Part shown: in pieces, positions 1 to 8,850 of the stretch
Numbering within the stretch: position 1 is the stretch's first letter
Layout: each line of letters begins with the position of its first letter
Source: an uncultured virus (IMG/VR IMGVR_UViG_3300022916_001292)
Taxonomy: Duplodnaviria > Heunggongvirae > Uroviricota > Caudoviricetes
Direction: 5' to 3' (one strand)
Length of the DNA stretch: 20,000 nt
IMG/VR virus record: IMGVR_UViG_3300022916_001292
Position numbers and translations under genes: made by a program
The notes under the pieces: generated by a model
Seen by the model: only the letters and a program-made list of their open reading frames with translations
Database searches by the model: none
What the model was told of the DNA's origin: nothing

Positions 1-70
1 GTTTTCTACTATAATATTTCTCAGCATAACGTTCTATGTATACCTTTAATGGCTTTTCTATACTTTTCAT
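1..70 (-). CDS. 5' end of a hypothetical protein running off the window (MKSIEKPLKVYIERYAEKYYSRK...)
   Basis: ATG at 70-68, 3 nt after the AAA ATPase stop; frame open to the window edge (hand translation). Confidence 0.55.
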   Translation of the reverse strand, partial: MKSIEKPLKVYIERYAEKYYSRK

Positions 71-73
71 ATG

Positions 74-1732
74 TTACAGATCCAAATCTTTAGCCGATGT
101 TAATTGTCCGTGATTAACAACATTCGTTGCCGACTGATTTGCCATTCGGCATTTATTACCTGCCCACTCACGAAGCTCTTCAAAATCACTTTGTCTCATC
201 TCAAACAGAGACTTAAATTCTCCCATTGCCTTACTAATATCGTCAGTATCAATGATCCTTGATTTATCCATAAATCCTGCTAACATAGCATTGTCGATCG
301 CCTTCTCAATTTCAGCACCACTAAAGCCATCACTTTTTATGGCAAGAGCTGGCGTATTGATCTTCTTAGTGTCAATACCTCTAATTCTAAGAAGAACATT
401 GAAAATCTCTTCTCTCTCTTCTACATTAGGAAGGTCAACAAAAAAGATTTCATCGAAACGACCTGCCCTCAAAAACTCAGGAGGGATTGCCTGATGATCA
501 TTAGCAGTGGCAATAACAAACACAGGACTTTCTTTTTCCTGCATCCACGTAAGGAACGTAGAAAGAACACGACTTGTTGTTCCACCATCTGTGCGGCCAC
601 TTGAAGAATTTCCGCTAATAGCCTTTTCGATTTCATCGATCCACAAAATAGCTGGAGCAACTGCTTCTGCTTGTCGAATAGCTTCTCTTGCATTCTTCTC
701 AGAATCACCTACAAGACTTCCAAAAAGTTTACCGAAATCAAGTCTTAACAACGGCATCTTCCAAGCACTACTAATAGCCTTACACACAAGAGACTTACCG
801 CAACCTGGCATACCTATCGTCAATAAACCTCTTGGCTTATTTAGACCGTAATCTTCTGCTGCTTGTGAGAAACACTGCTTCCTCTCTTTAATCCATTCGA
901 TAAGATTTTTCAATCCACCAATATCGTCCATCTTCACAGTCTTATCAAAATATTCCAACATACCACTCTTATTGATAAGCTGTTTCTTTTGTTCTAAAAT
1001 GAGAGGTATATCCCAGCTATGAGATGATACAAGAGATATTGAAAAAGCAGTTTGTGCTTCTTGCAATGTTAAACCTGTAACAGCATCGATAAGTTCTGAT
1101 TCTATTTTCTTAGTCTGTTTTGCAATGTCAGGAATCTTTCTCTCAGCACCACGAACAACGTCATGAAGTGCATGACGAATTTCTTTCTTATTAGCAAAAG
1201 GAAATTCCATAGTTGGAAGAATATTCTGAATAACATCTGTTGACTGATAGTAAGGGCCTGTGCAAATTGTAGTCACGATAGTATTCAAATTAGATAATGC
1301 AACAAAACGTCTTTCGATATCAGGATTAGGTTGGATAAAGTTAAAGTAATCCAACAGAACGTATATAATTCCGTTAGTTCCCTTTTCTTTCTTATCTTGA
1401 ACAGTTGCTTTCTTTTTCTCAAATCCTCTACCCTCACCAATAATGTGATCAAGAATAGCCAAAGGATTGTTTTTAAGATCCTCACTAATACCAGCAACTT
1501 CTTCTCCGCTGACAATACTTACAAGACCATTATAACTATCCCAAAGGAAACACTCATAACCCTTCACTTTACAAAAGTGAGTCAAGAACTGTATGAGTCT
1601 CTTCTCTTCATTGTGAGAGATATAAAATAATGGATAACGACAACGTAACATGTTGTAGAAATCACTTTTAAACTTATCCGTACACATTTCTTCTAATGTT
1701 GCTTCACTAATCTTTTTGCTTACTGGCTTCAT
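74..1732 (-). CDS. AAA+ ATPase, Ycf46/SpoVK-like (degenerate N-terminal module plus one active AAA domain)
   Basis: Walker A GMPGCGKS, Walker B LWIDEIEK, SRH ATAN...PPEFLRAGRFDEIFFVDLP; DDIGGL motif before the AAA domain; AAGGA SD 7 nt before ATG. Confidence 0.9.
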   Translation of the reverse strand: MKPVSKKISEATLEEMCTDKFKSDFYNMLRCRYPLFYISHNEEKRLIQFLTHFCKVKGYECFLWDSYNGLVSIVSGEEVAGISEDLKNNPLAILDHIIGEGRGFEKKKATVQDKKEKGTNGIIYVLLDYFNFIQPNPDIERRFVALSNLNTIVTTICTGPYYQSTDVIQNILPTMEFPFANKKEIRHALHDVVRGAERKIPDIAKQTKKIESELIDAVTGLTLQEAQTAFSISLVSSHSWDIPLILEQKKQLINKSGMLEYFDKTVKMDDIGGLKNLIEWIKERKQCFSQAAEDYGLNKPRGLLTIGMPGCGKSLVCKAISSAWKMPLLRLDFGKLFGSLVGDSEKNAREAIRQAEAVAPAILWIDEIEKAISGNSSSGRTDGGTTSRVLSTFLTWMQEKESPVFVIATANDHQAIPPEFLRAGRFDEIFFVDLPNVEEREEIFNVLLRIRGIDTKKINTPALAIKSDGFSGAEIEKAIDNAMLAGFMDKSRIIDTDDISKAMGEFKSLFEMRQSDFEELREWAGNKCRMANQSATNVVNHGQLTSAKDLDL

Positions 1733-1762
1733 CTGTTATTCCTTTTTAAAAGTATTTCTACT

Positions 1763-1791
1763 ATTTTAACATCTATCTTTCACTTTTCAAC
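1763..1791 (-). promoter_or_regulatory. putative sigma70-type promoter for the AAA ATPase
   Basis: Minus strand TTGAAA-16nt-TAAAAT with extended TGn; shares GTTGAAAAGTGAAA with the 5312-5341 intergenic region. Confidence 0.55.
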
Positions 1792-1792
1792 A

Positions 1793-2296
1793 TTATAATG
1801 GCATAAGGGTTGTAGAAATAAGAATTCTTTTACCCTTAGATATCTGCGGGTGCTTCCACGTAGCATGTTCTTCAAACGCCTCAAGATTTTTATTATACTC
1901 TTCCAGAGCTTCTTCGACCATATTCTTTTGACGGCCGCCTAGCTCAAGAATGTATTTTACAACATATTTTTTCGACAAGAATTTCATTATCTTTTTGTGT
2001 CGAATTCCTAGATCGTGAGGATCTATATTCAGCCTATATTTAATTTCCTTAACATGCTGTATCTGCTTTTTCTTCTTTTTACTTTTCTCATACATCAACT
2101 TGCCATAGTCTGTAAGCTTACAGGTTGGTAAATTATTCTTACCACTCTCAGACACTTCAACAACATCCAGCCCTTGTTCTTCTCCGATTTTCAATGCCTC
2201 ATGCAATTGAATAGATTCTTTCATGTTACCATCCGAAAGAACCAAATTAATTTTACGTGCCGTTATTTGACTATTGACACTATACTCTTTTCCCAT
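1793..2296 (-). CDS. infC: translation initiation factor IF-3 homologue (divergent)
   Basis: N-domain NSQI...AL...GLDVVEV...PTCKLTDYGKLMYEKSKK, Lys-rich linker, C-domain VKEIKYRLNIDPHDL...KFL; 167 aa; ATG overlaps the upstream TAA (TAATG). Confidence 0.88.
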   Translation of the reverse strand: MGKEYSVNSQITARKINLVLSDGNMKESIQLHEALKIGEEQGLDVVEVSESGKNNLPTCKLTDYGKLMYEKSKKKKKQIQHVKEIKYRLNIDPHDLGIRHKKIMKFLSKKYVVKYILELGGRQKNMVEEALEEYNKNLEAFEEHATWKHPQISKGKRILISTTLMPL

Positions 2297-3243
2297 TAAT
2301 CACCTTTCTTATTATCTCCTTTTTGCAAAAATTTCATCTTATTGTTTTTATTGAAATCTACATCTATATCAATATCATTATCTATCTTATTAAAGATAAG
2401 CTGTGGACTCTTAAATGCAAGATTTGAAGGATACGGAGAATATATCTCTGTAGCACTTTCTACGATATCTAGCATATTCTTTTTATACATAGATAAACAA
2501 GCATCAACCACTATCTTTATAGCTACTTTCTTATTCATTTTCTTTACATTAAGCAACCAATTCAAAGCAATAACAACCCCATAATTTCCTACAAGGTTCT
2601 CATCACCTGCATCATAAGATTTCTGAATTTCTTCATTTGTTAGTTTATACTTTACATTTTTCTGTTTTTTCTGAGTCATATAATGAACAAATCGTTCTCT
2701 AAAATTATACGAATTTCTAAATTCCGACAAAATCCAATCTTTTTTTAATTGGCTAAAATAAAAACCGCCTCTATTCTTAAAGTCATCCATATGATGATCA
2801 AAGAAGTAAATTATATAGTCATACAGCATTAAATTACAACAGTATCCAAACATATCTACCAACTGATCTTTAATCTTATTAATTTCAAGACTGCTTCCCC
2901 CGATTTTTAAATCCCAGTCTACTTTATATCTTTTTAAGTATAACTTATGAGTAAATCTAAAGAAATCAAATGGCCCCCACTCATCAAGACTATTCTTTTT
3001 CTTCGACTGCCCTTTCTTACCTATATCCTTATAATCACAATAAACAGTCCCTGTATCGATCAGGGAAAAACCTTCATTGTTGCTAATTGTATCATTTTCA
3101 CTTTCACTTTCACTATTATTCTCTATTTTCTTTTTATTTCGAGTATTTTTTCGTAAGTCCTTAAACTGTATGTCTTTAGGATTAACTCCATCTATGTCTG
3201 CTTTCATATCCCTAAGAATATCTTTTGCATCCTTCTGAACCAT
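2296..3243 (-). CDS. hypothetical protein (about 315 aa; charged N-terminus, aromatic-rich helical core)
   Basis: Long ORF packed between helicase and IF3; ATG at 3243 with AGGA 7 nt upstream (ORF track starts at TTG 3249). Confidence 0.8.
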   Translation of the reverse strand: MVQKDAKDILRDMKADIDGVNPKDIQFKDLRKNTRNKKKIENNSESESENDTISNNEGFSLIDTGTVYCDYKDIGKKGQSKKKNSLDEWGPFDFFRFTHKLYLKRYKVDWDLKIGGSSLEINKIKDQLVDMFGYCCNLMLYDYIIYFFDHHMDDFKNRGGFYFSQLKKDWILSEFRNSYNFRERFVHYMTQKKQKNVKYKLTNEEIQKSYDAGDENLVGNYGVVIALNWLLNVKKMNKKVAIKIVVDACLSMYKKNMLDIVESATEIYSPYPSNLAFKSPQLIFNKIDNDIDIDVDFNKNNKMKFLQKGDNKKGD

Positions 3244-3252
3244 TACCAATTC

Positions 3253-4797
3253 CTAATCTCCCATAATATCAAATTCTTCTTCTGTTTTATAGATGCTAAG
3301 TCTCTTTTTAGAATGACCTTGCATGTATTTACAATTGTCCATAAAATCAACTGCGATTGCATCTTTCTTGCCCTCATAAGGTCTTAATATCCTCCCTATT
3401 CGCTGCAAAGCTCTAGTAGGTGATTTGCCACCTCCTGCTAAAATCAGGCCATCTAAAGGACGAACATCAATACCCTCATCGAATATAACACTAGCAATAG
3501 TTATCTGAGGTTCACCTTTTCTCATCTTATCTAAATGAGCAGCTCTTTTCTTTTTACCTGTTCCACCATGTATGAAAGCACTCTCTGGAATAAGTTTTTC
3601 TAAAAGCTTTCCATGTTTGATCTGCTTGACAAGTATAAGAGTTTTTCTTCCACCATTATAGAAACGTGTTGCCATATCTACTATACTCTGATTTCTATGA
3701 GAATTTTCTATAATTGCCTGCTTATAAATATTTGGATATGAAGATTTTCTCATGCCTCTCATATTATTAATCTTTATAAAATATATAGTAGGCTTGATAA
3801 GATAACCTCTCTTTATCAAGAATGATGCACTTATATTAGAGATAGTTCTGCCAAAACATCCCTCAATCAAAATGTCATCACCCTGATCTCTGTAAGGGGT
3901 AGCCGACATACCATATCTATACTGACATGATAAGGAAGCATCAGATATAATCTGACAAGTCTCTGCCGCCCAATGCTGAACTTCGTCACAAATCATAAGT
4001 TTAGATCTTCTTATTAAATCTTTTACTTCTTCCCTAATATCTTCAATATCAGTATCATCTTTTGTCTTATCTTCATCATCAAATTTAACCCATACCCCAC
4101 CCAGAGATCTAACCGCTGTTTGAATAGTCATTACATTAATATCTTGTATATCTTTGACTCCACCACCGATCATTCCAACCTTAATGCCAAGATTATTATA
4201 CCTCACAAATCTCTCTAATTCATCTTTTGCTTGCTTTAGAAGATCTATACTTGGAACATACATGATAGTAGGAGAAACACCCATTTGAGCTACGATGCCA
4301 GCTGCCAGAGCTGTCTTTCCCGCTCCTGTCGCTAATTTTAAAATACCCCTATCAATACCTGGGGTCTGTAAGGTTCCAACTACCTTGTTAATAACGTCCT
4401 GCTGATAATCTCTAAACTCGAATTCTTCAGACATAGAATATGAATCTGTTTTTGGAGTTTTGCTCCTAGCGTCAATTCTTCTAAAAGGAACGTTATTCAC
4501 TCTTAGAAAATTAGCAGCTTTAGACAAAAGGCCTGTTTGAAAATGCAATCCACTTTTTTTGATATGACAATGACAGAATTGTTTATTCCAGCAAACAGCA
4601 GAAATGTTTCCATCCCAATCTTTTTTCCACTTCTCATGTTCTTGTGCTTTATCTGAGTTATTTTTAATCATCCAGAAAGAATTCTCTGGAAGATAACCTA
4701 GCTCTTTTTTAAACTTATCATATATCTCACTGCCCATCTTGCCTTCTACAGACGTTGAATTATGATCAACGCGTAATACTAACTCACCATTACTCAA
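3253..4797 (-). CDS. superfamily 2 DNA helicase, UvsW/XPB(Rad25)-like
   Basis: Q-motif FRDYQ, Walker A LATGAGKT, motif Ia YVPSIDLLKQ, motif II DEVQ, motif III SAT, motif V EGIDV, motif VI QRIGRILR; TTG start with AGGAG SD. Confidence 0.92.
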   Translation of the reverse strand: MSNGELVLRVDHNSTSVEGKMGSEIYDKFKKELGYLPENSFWMIKNNSDKAQEHEKWKKDWDGNISAVCWNKQFCHCHIKKSGLHFQTGLLSKAANFLRVNNVPFRRIDARSKTPKTDSYSMSEEFEFRDYQQDVINKVVGTLQTPGIDRGILKLATGAGKTALAAGIVAQMGVSPTIMYVPSIDLLKQAKDELERFVRYNNLGIKVGMIGGGVKDIQDINVMTIQTAVRSLGGVWVKFDDEDKTKDDTDIEDIREEVKDLIRRSKLMICDEVQHWAAETCQIISDASLSCQYRYGMSATPYRDQGDDILIEGCFGRTISNISASFLIKRGYLIKPTIYFIKINNMRGMRKSSYPNIYKQAIIENSHRNQSIVDMATRFYNGGRKTLILVKQIKHGKLLEKLIPESAFIHGGTGKKKRAAHLDKMRKGEPQITIASVIFDEGIDVRPLDGLILAGGGKSPTRALQRIGRILRPYEGKKDAIAVDFMDNCKYMQGHSKKRLSIYKTEEEFDIMGD

Positions 4798-4808
4798 ATT
4801 ACTTGCTC

Positions 4809-4982
4809 CTATTCGACAACATCATTAATATCAATATCCTCTACCCATACACCATTTTGATATATTTTTTTCCTCTTCTTATTTTTTCTTGATGGACTGC
4901 CCGTATCTTCCCTATCTAAAGGAGGATGGACAATTTGATCAGCTTCTAATTGTTTATGTTTTTGTGACTGTATTTTTTTCAT
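4809..4982 (-). CDS. small hypothetical protein, 57 aa (MKKIQSQKHKQLEADQIVHPPLDREDTGSPSRKNKKRKKIYQNGVWVEDIDINDVVE), not in the ORF track
   Basis: Hand translation; fills the gap between 4954-5274 and the helicase; its TAG overlaps the helicase SD. Confidence 0.6.
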   Translation of the reverse strand: MKKIQSQKHKQLEADQIVHPPLDREDTGSPSRKNKKRKKIYQNGVWVEDIDINDVVE

Positions 4983-5274
4983 TTTTGATCTCTAAACAAA
5001 TTTTTATTAAATCACATTTTAATCTCAATATCTGAGAATACCCCTCTTCATAACGGCCATTAGTGAAGTAACTAACTATCGACCTAGTTAAAATCACTTG
5101 AGAAAAAAGCATCTCTTTGTGTTTTTGATCTAACCCAGCTAACTTTTGCTGCACTCCTAATATCTTATTATATGCAGGTATATGCTTGGACGGCTGTTGC
5201 TCAACCAAAACTAAAGCATTCTCTATTTTAACTAATACACTTCTTAAAAATTCAACATATTCTTCAGTATCCAT
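4954..5274 (-). CDS. hypothetical helical protein, 106 aa
   Basis: ORF with GAGG SD; follows a putative promoter. Confidence 0.8.
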   Translation of the reverse strand: MDTEEYVEFLRSVLVKIENALVLVEQQPSKHIPAYNKILGVQQKLAGLDQKHKEMLFSQVILTRSIVSYFTNGRYEEGYSQILRLKCDLIKICLEIKNEKNTVTKT

Positions 5275-5311
5275 TTTCTACCTCTTTCACTAAACAATAG
5301 AACAATATGTT

Positions 5312-5341
5312 ACTATATTTCTATCGTTTTCACTTTTCAAC
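5312..5341 (-). promoter_or_regulatory. putative sigma70-type promoter for the 106 aa-helicase-IF3 unit
   Basis: Minus strand TTGAAA-17nt-TATAGT; 14-bp identity with the 1778-1791 intergenic motif. Confidence 0.6.
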
Positions 5342-5346
5342 TATAT

Positions 5347-6411
5347 TTACCAAACTCTATTTGACGACAATAATCCCTGAAGAGTTTGTGTTGGATCTGT
5401 TTCATAACTCGATGTCTGCTTTTGCTTTATGCGTAATAAAGAATTAAATGGAACACCATTATCGTGACCATTCTCAATTCTTTTCAGCCTTACATCTTCT
5501 ACTTTATCCCAAAATTCTTTCACATATGGCTCTAAGCTATTATATACACTCCAATCAGATCCTCTTGCAGGCTCAATCATCTGCTCTAAAAGACCAAGCT
5601 GCCAAAATTGATTAGGCAGGCCTGGAACTGAATTCTGAGCAATTTTTGTCATATTTTGACTAAGGCAGGCAGTTTTATGAGAAATCATAGAATAAAAATT
5701 AATACCTAAATTCTCCATAATAGAACATTCAAAATCGCTAACCTCTTCATCTTCCAAAGATATATCAAGCAAACCTTTGAACTTATAATATAGATCTGAA
5801 CCATATAACTTCTTAATCACTTCTACAGGAGAAAGCCCATAGGCTCTTAGTGTCTCTATAAAAATAAAAGAGTTTTGAACAATTCGATTGTTAATTATAT
5901 TAACAAATATGAACGACTCATCAGATATGTCAGCAGATGGCAATTCTTCCTTTTTATAATACCTGGCAATATCAACTTCTGCATTACCATCACAAATGAT
6001 TTTTATATTCTCTAAGTCTTTGTTGTAAACTGGGCAGATAATATCTTTCATTAATAACCATACTATTGGAAACTGATATAACCTCATAACATGTGCTTCA
6101 TCGCAATAACTAGAATCGGCATCATCTCCATACGTAAAAGTTCTCAGATTAGAGGCTAGGACAACAAAAAAGTTATCCTTATCTGCTTCATCAGGCATTA
6201 ATTGAACATCAACAATATCTAACGATCTATTAATATACTCTGATACTATTTTAAATATTGTATGAGCTACGTTTTTTGTCTTGCCAATAAATAAAGTTCC
6301 GTCTGTCCCCTCTTCGAAAGAAATAGGAACATCTACGAAAGTTGCATCGTGTTTCTCACAAATCTTTCTGATAACAGACATAGCTATTTTAAAATCACTC
6401 ACTTTACTCAT
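5347..6411 (-). CDS. hypothetical protein (about 354 aa)
   Basis: Long ORF; ATG at 6411 just after the upstream stop is preferred over TTG at 6447; no recognisable family. Confidence 0.8.
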   Translation of the reverse strand: MSKVSDFKIAMSVIRKICEKHDATFVDVPISFEEGTDGTLFIGKTKNVAHTIFKIVSEYINRSLDIVDVQLMPDEADKDNFFVVLASNLRTFTYGDDADSSYCDEAHVMRLYQFPIVWLLMKDIICPVYNKDLENIKIICDGNAEVDIARYYKKEELPSADISDESFIFVNIINNRIVQNSFIFIETLRAYGLSPVEVIKKLYGSDLYYKFKGLLDISLEDEEVSDFECSIMENLGINFYSMISHKTACLSQNMTKIAQNSVPGLPNQFWQLGLLEQMIEPARGSDWSVYNSLEPYVKEFWDKVEDVRLKRIENGHDNGVPFNSLLRIKQKQTSSYETDPTQTLQGLLSSNRVW

Positions 6412-6421
6412 ATTGATTTCT

Positions 6422-6895
6422 CTATTTTTTATAATTATATTTTTCAATTTCTGATGGAAGCATTCCTAAAGCTATTAGAAATTCTTCATGAAGTAAATCT
6501 TTAGGTTTCAAAAATTTCCTTGCTTCAACTACTTCTTTTTGAGTTATATTTCCCTTTTTTCTTCTTTTTCTAACTTTTTTAACTTTTTTGTTTTCTGGTT
6601 TTATAATTGCTGGAATATCACTTTTTGGTTTCTTTTTAATCTTATCAGATGTTTCTTGATCTAATATTTCAAAAGCAAATTCTACTAATGTCATTTCTTT
6701 TAATTCAAAAAGCATCAATTCCTTACATTTAGCGCAATATAACCCCATACATAAATAATCTTTATGTGGCGCTCTACTACTTTCTTGTATGCTAATGGCC
6801 ATCAAATTATCAACATCAAATTGCTGACCACAACCTTTGCATTCTATTTTTTCTTTTTCTATAACTTTGATAATCCAATTGGGTATCTCTTGCAT
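6422..6895 (-). CDS. putative zinc-ribbon protein with basic C-terminal region
   Basis: CKGC...CAKC pair; KKVKKVRKRRKK tract; GGAG SD before ATG at 6895. Confidence 0.75.
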   Translation of the reverse strand: MQEIPNWIIKVIEKEKIECKGCGQQFDVDNLMAISIQESSRAPHKDYLCMGLYCAKCKELMLFELKEMTLVEFAFEILDQETSDKIKKKPKSDIPAIIKPENKKVKKVRKRRKKGNITQKEVVEARKFLKPKDLLHEEFLIALGMLPSEIEKYNYKK

Positions 6896-6945
6896 AGTTA
6901 TATCTCCAATCAAAGTGTTAATAATATATAATTCTGTATTGCTGC

Positions 6946-7686
6946 TTAAAAACCTTTATTTTCATTAAATAACTCTCTACACATTTCAAAATGTTCCCTA
7001 TCAACTGCTCTCCTGCTCTTATTCGTGATACTATTGGGATGTTGCCTATAATGCACTAGAACCTCCTGTAAGTTAGCAAATTTCAATCCTGCCATAGCTG
7101 CTCTTACCCATAAATTAGAATCTGGGACTAGTTTCCAGTTGCCATCATAACCACCTAATGCATCAAAATCTTTTTTCCTATACATACAAGAAGGATCTAT
7201 AATAGGGTTATCCTTTTTAACCATAATTTCATCATAAATTTCTTCATGAGTCTTAGAAGGATATGTCATAAATTCTATAAACTCACCATCCTCTTCCATC
7301 TTGTCAGCAAAAGCTCCGACACAAAATATATCATCATTCTTCTCCATAAATTCAACTTCTTTTGCCAGACGATTTCTAAAACTTATATCATCAGCATCCT
7401 GTATGGCTATATATTTACCTCTTGCTTTTTTTATAGCCCTATTTCTACCTTCTCCACAACCTACATTCTCATGGCTTGGGAACAACTTAACACAACCCAT
7501 AAATACCTTGCCTCTTTTTGTAACGGTAGCAAGAGCTTTTTGCCAAGTTTTATCCGTAGATCCATCGTGGTATATAATCAACTCAAAATCTCTAAAAGTC
7601 TGAATAAAAATAGATTCTATAGATTCTACAATATACTTCTCACAATTATACGCTGTCATTATGACACTAACTAATGGCTTACTCAC
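6946..7686 (-). CDS. glycosyltransferase family 2 (GT-A fold)
   Basis: PLVSVIMTAYN, DGSTDKT, RNRAIKKARGKYIAIQDADD, YRQH; GTG start at 7686 with GAGG SD, overlapping the GT4 stop. Confidence 0.92.
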   Translation of the reverse strand: MSKPLVSVIMTAYNCEKYIVESIESIFIQTFRDFELIIYHDGSTDKTWQKALATVTKRGKVFMGCVKLFPSHENVGCGEGRNRAIKKARGKYIAIQDADDISFRNRLAKEVEFMEKNDDIFCVGAFADKMEEDGEFIEFMTYPSKTHEEIYDEIMVKKDNPIIDPSCMYRKKDFDALGGYDGNWKLVPDSNLWVRAAMAGLKFANLQEVLVHYRQHPNSITNKSRRAVDREHFEMCRELFNENKGF

Positions 7687-8833
7687 TAAACACCTCATTA
7701 TATAATGGAACAATATTATCCCAATCAATCTTCTCTATATCTTGCTGTCCTTCTTCTATCTTTCTGTTATATCTATATTTATTATCAAGCATTTCTGCAA
7801 TATGAATAGAGAACCTATCAACAACATTATCATCTATAATATTATAACCCCTGCTATCTTTGTTTATCATGTTCCTGACCACAACTCCTCCCCATCTATC
7901 TTTTACATCCCCCACATCAAAAGATACCCATGGAGTTTTTGATGCTTTCGATTCTAAAATAACCAATGGTGAAACTTCTTTACGAGATGTGAACGCAAAC
8001 AAGTCTGATGCATTAAAAGCTGCTACAACATCTTCTCTTGGGAGATCTCTCAGAAACCTTATGTTTAACCCATTACTCTGTTTTCTAGTCCTATCTAAAA
8101 ACACTTTGTCATATGGGTACTTAACAGTATTAGAAATAGATAGAATAACAAAATCCTTATATCCAGAATCTATATCTCTAAATTTCCTACTTAACAACTT
8201 TTTCCTACTTTCAGGGACAACGTGACTCAATCTTTTAGCTATTTTTGGCAAAATCTCTTGACCCTTGCCATAGAAGAAAGAAGAAACGTTTAAAATTATA
8301 TATTTTTCCTTAATATTATATTTTTCTCGAAAATTTATAGAATTATTCCTAAATTCCTCAAGGTCCACACCATTAGGAACTACTTTTACAGGTAAATAGT
8401 TATCAATACACCACTTATAATCAGGAGTCGTCTTAGAGTGAGTGATTAGGTTAAATTTATCTATATTATTCTTTAATAGATCGAATATCTCTGGATGAGA
8501 TTGCATATGATACCCACCTACAAGGCACACAGAGACTGTACAATCGATATTGTCTATATTCCTAACCAATGTATCATATTCCCAGAAACTATCTGAATAG
8601 ACCATCAGGTGATCATTATGGCCTATCTGAGAAATAAACCTCCCGCCCTTTAAACACGGATAGTAATTAACCCCTCCGTCCCTAAAAGAAACATTACAAC
8701 TAAAGCTATAAACGTTCACTTCATAATTATAATTTTTAACTAATCTTTCAGAAATATGCTTAATTACCGTCTCAGACCCCCCAACATGTTTGTGTGAAAA
8801 ATTACAACAAATTCCCAATTTTCTTTTTTCCAT
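7679..8833 (-). CDS. glycosyltransferase family 4-like (GT-B fold)
   Basis: GGSE motif, VPNGVD, KGQEIL, DLFAFTSRKEVSPLVILESKAS (Ex7E). Confidence 0.9.
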   Translation of the reverse strand: MEKRKLGICCNFSHKHVGGSETVIKHISERLVKNYNYEVNVYSFSCNVSFRDGGVNYYPCLKGGRFISQIGHNDHLMVYSDSFWEYDTLVRNIDNIDCTVSVCLVGGYHMQSHPEIFDLLKNNIDKFNLITHSKTTPDYKWCIDNYLPVKVVPNGVDLEEFRNNSINFREKYNIKEKYIILNVSSFFYGKGQEILPKIAKRLSHVVPESRKKLLSRKFRDIDSGYKDFVILSISNTVKYPYDKVFLDRTRKQSNGLNIRFLRDLPREDVVAAFNASDLFAFTSRKEVSPLVILESKASKTPWVSFDVGDVKDRWGGVVVRNMINKDSRGYNIIDDNVVDRFSIHIAEMLDNKYRYNRKIEEGQQDIEKIDWDNIVPLYNEVFSE

Positions 8834-8850
8834 AATATATATTTACCCTA

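Noticed and set aside
3092..3114. AGTGAA x3 tandem repeat resembling the intergenic promoter motif
   Set aside because: Encodes SESESE in a low-complexity coding region and lacks the TTGAAA element; probably coincidental
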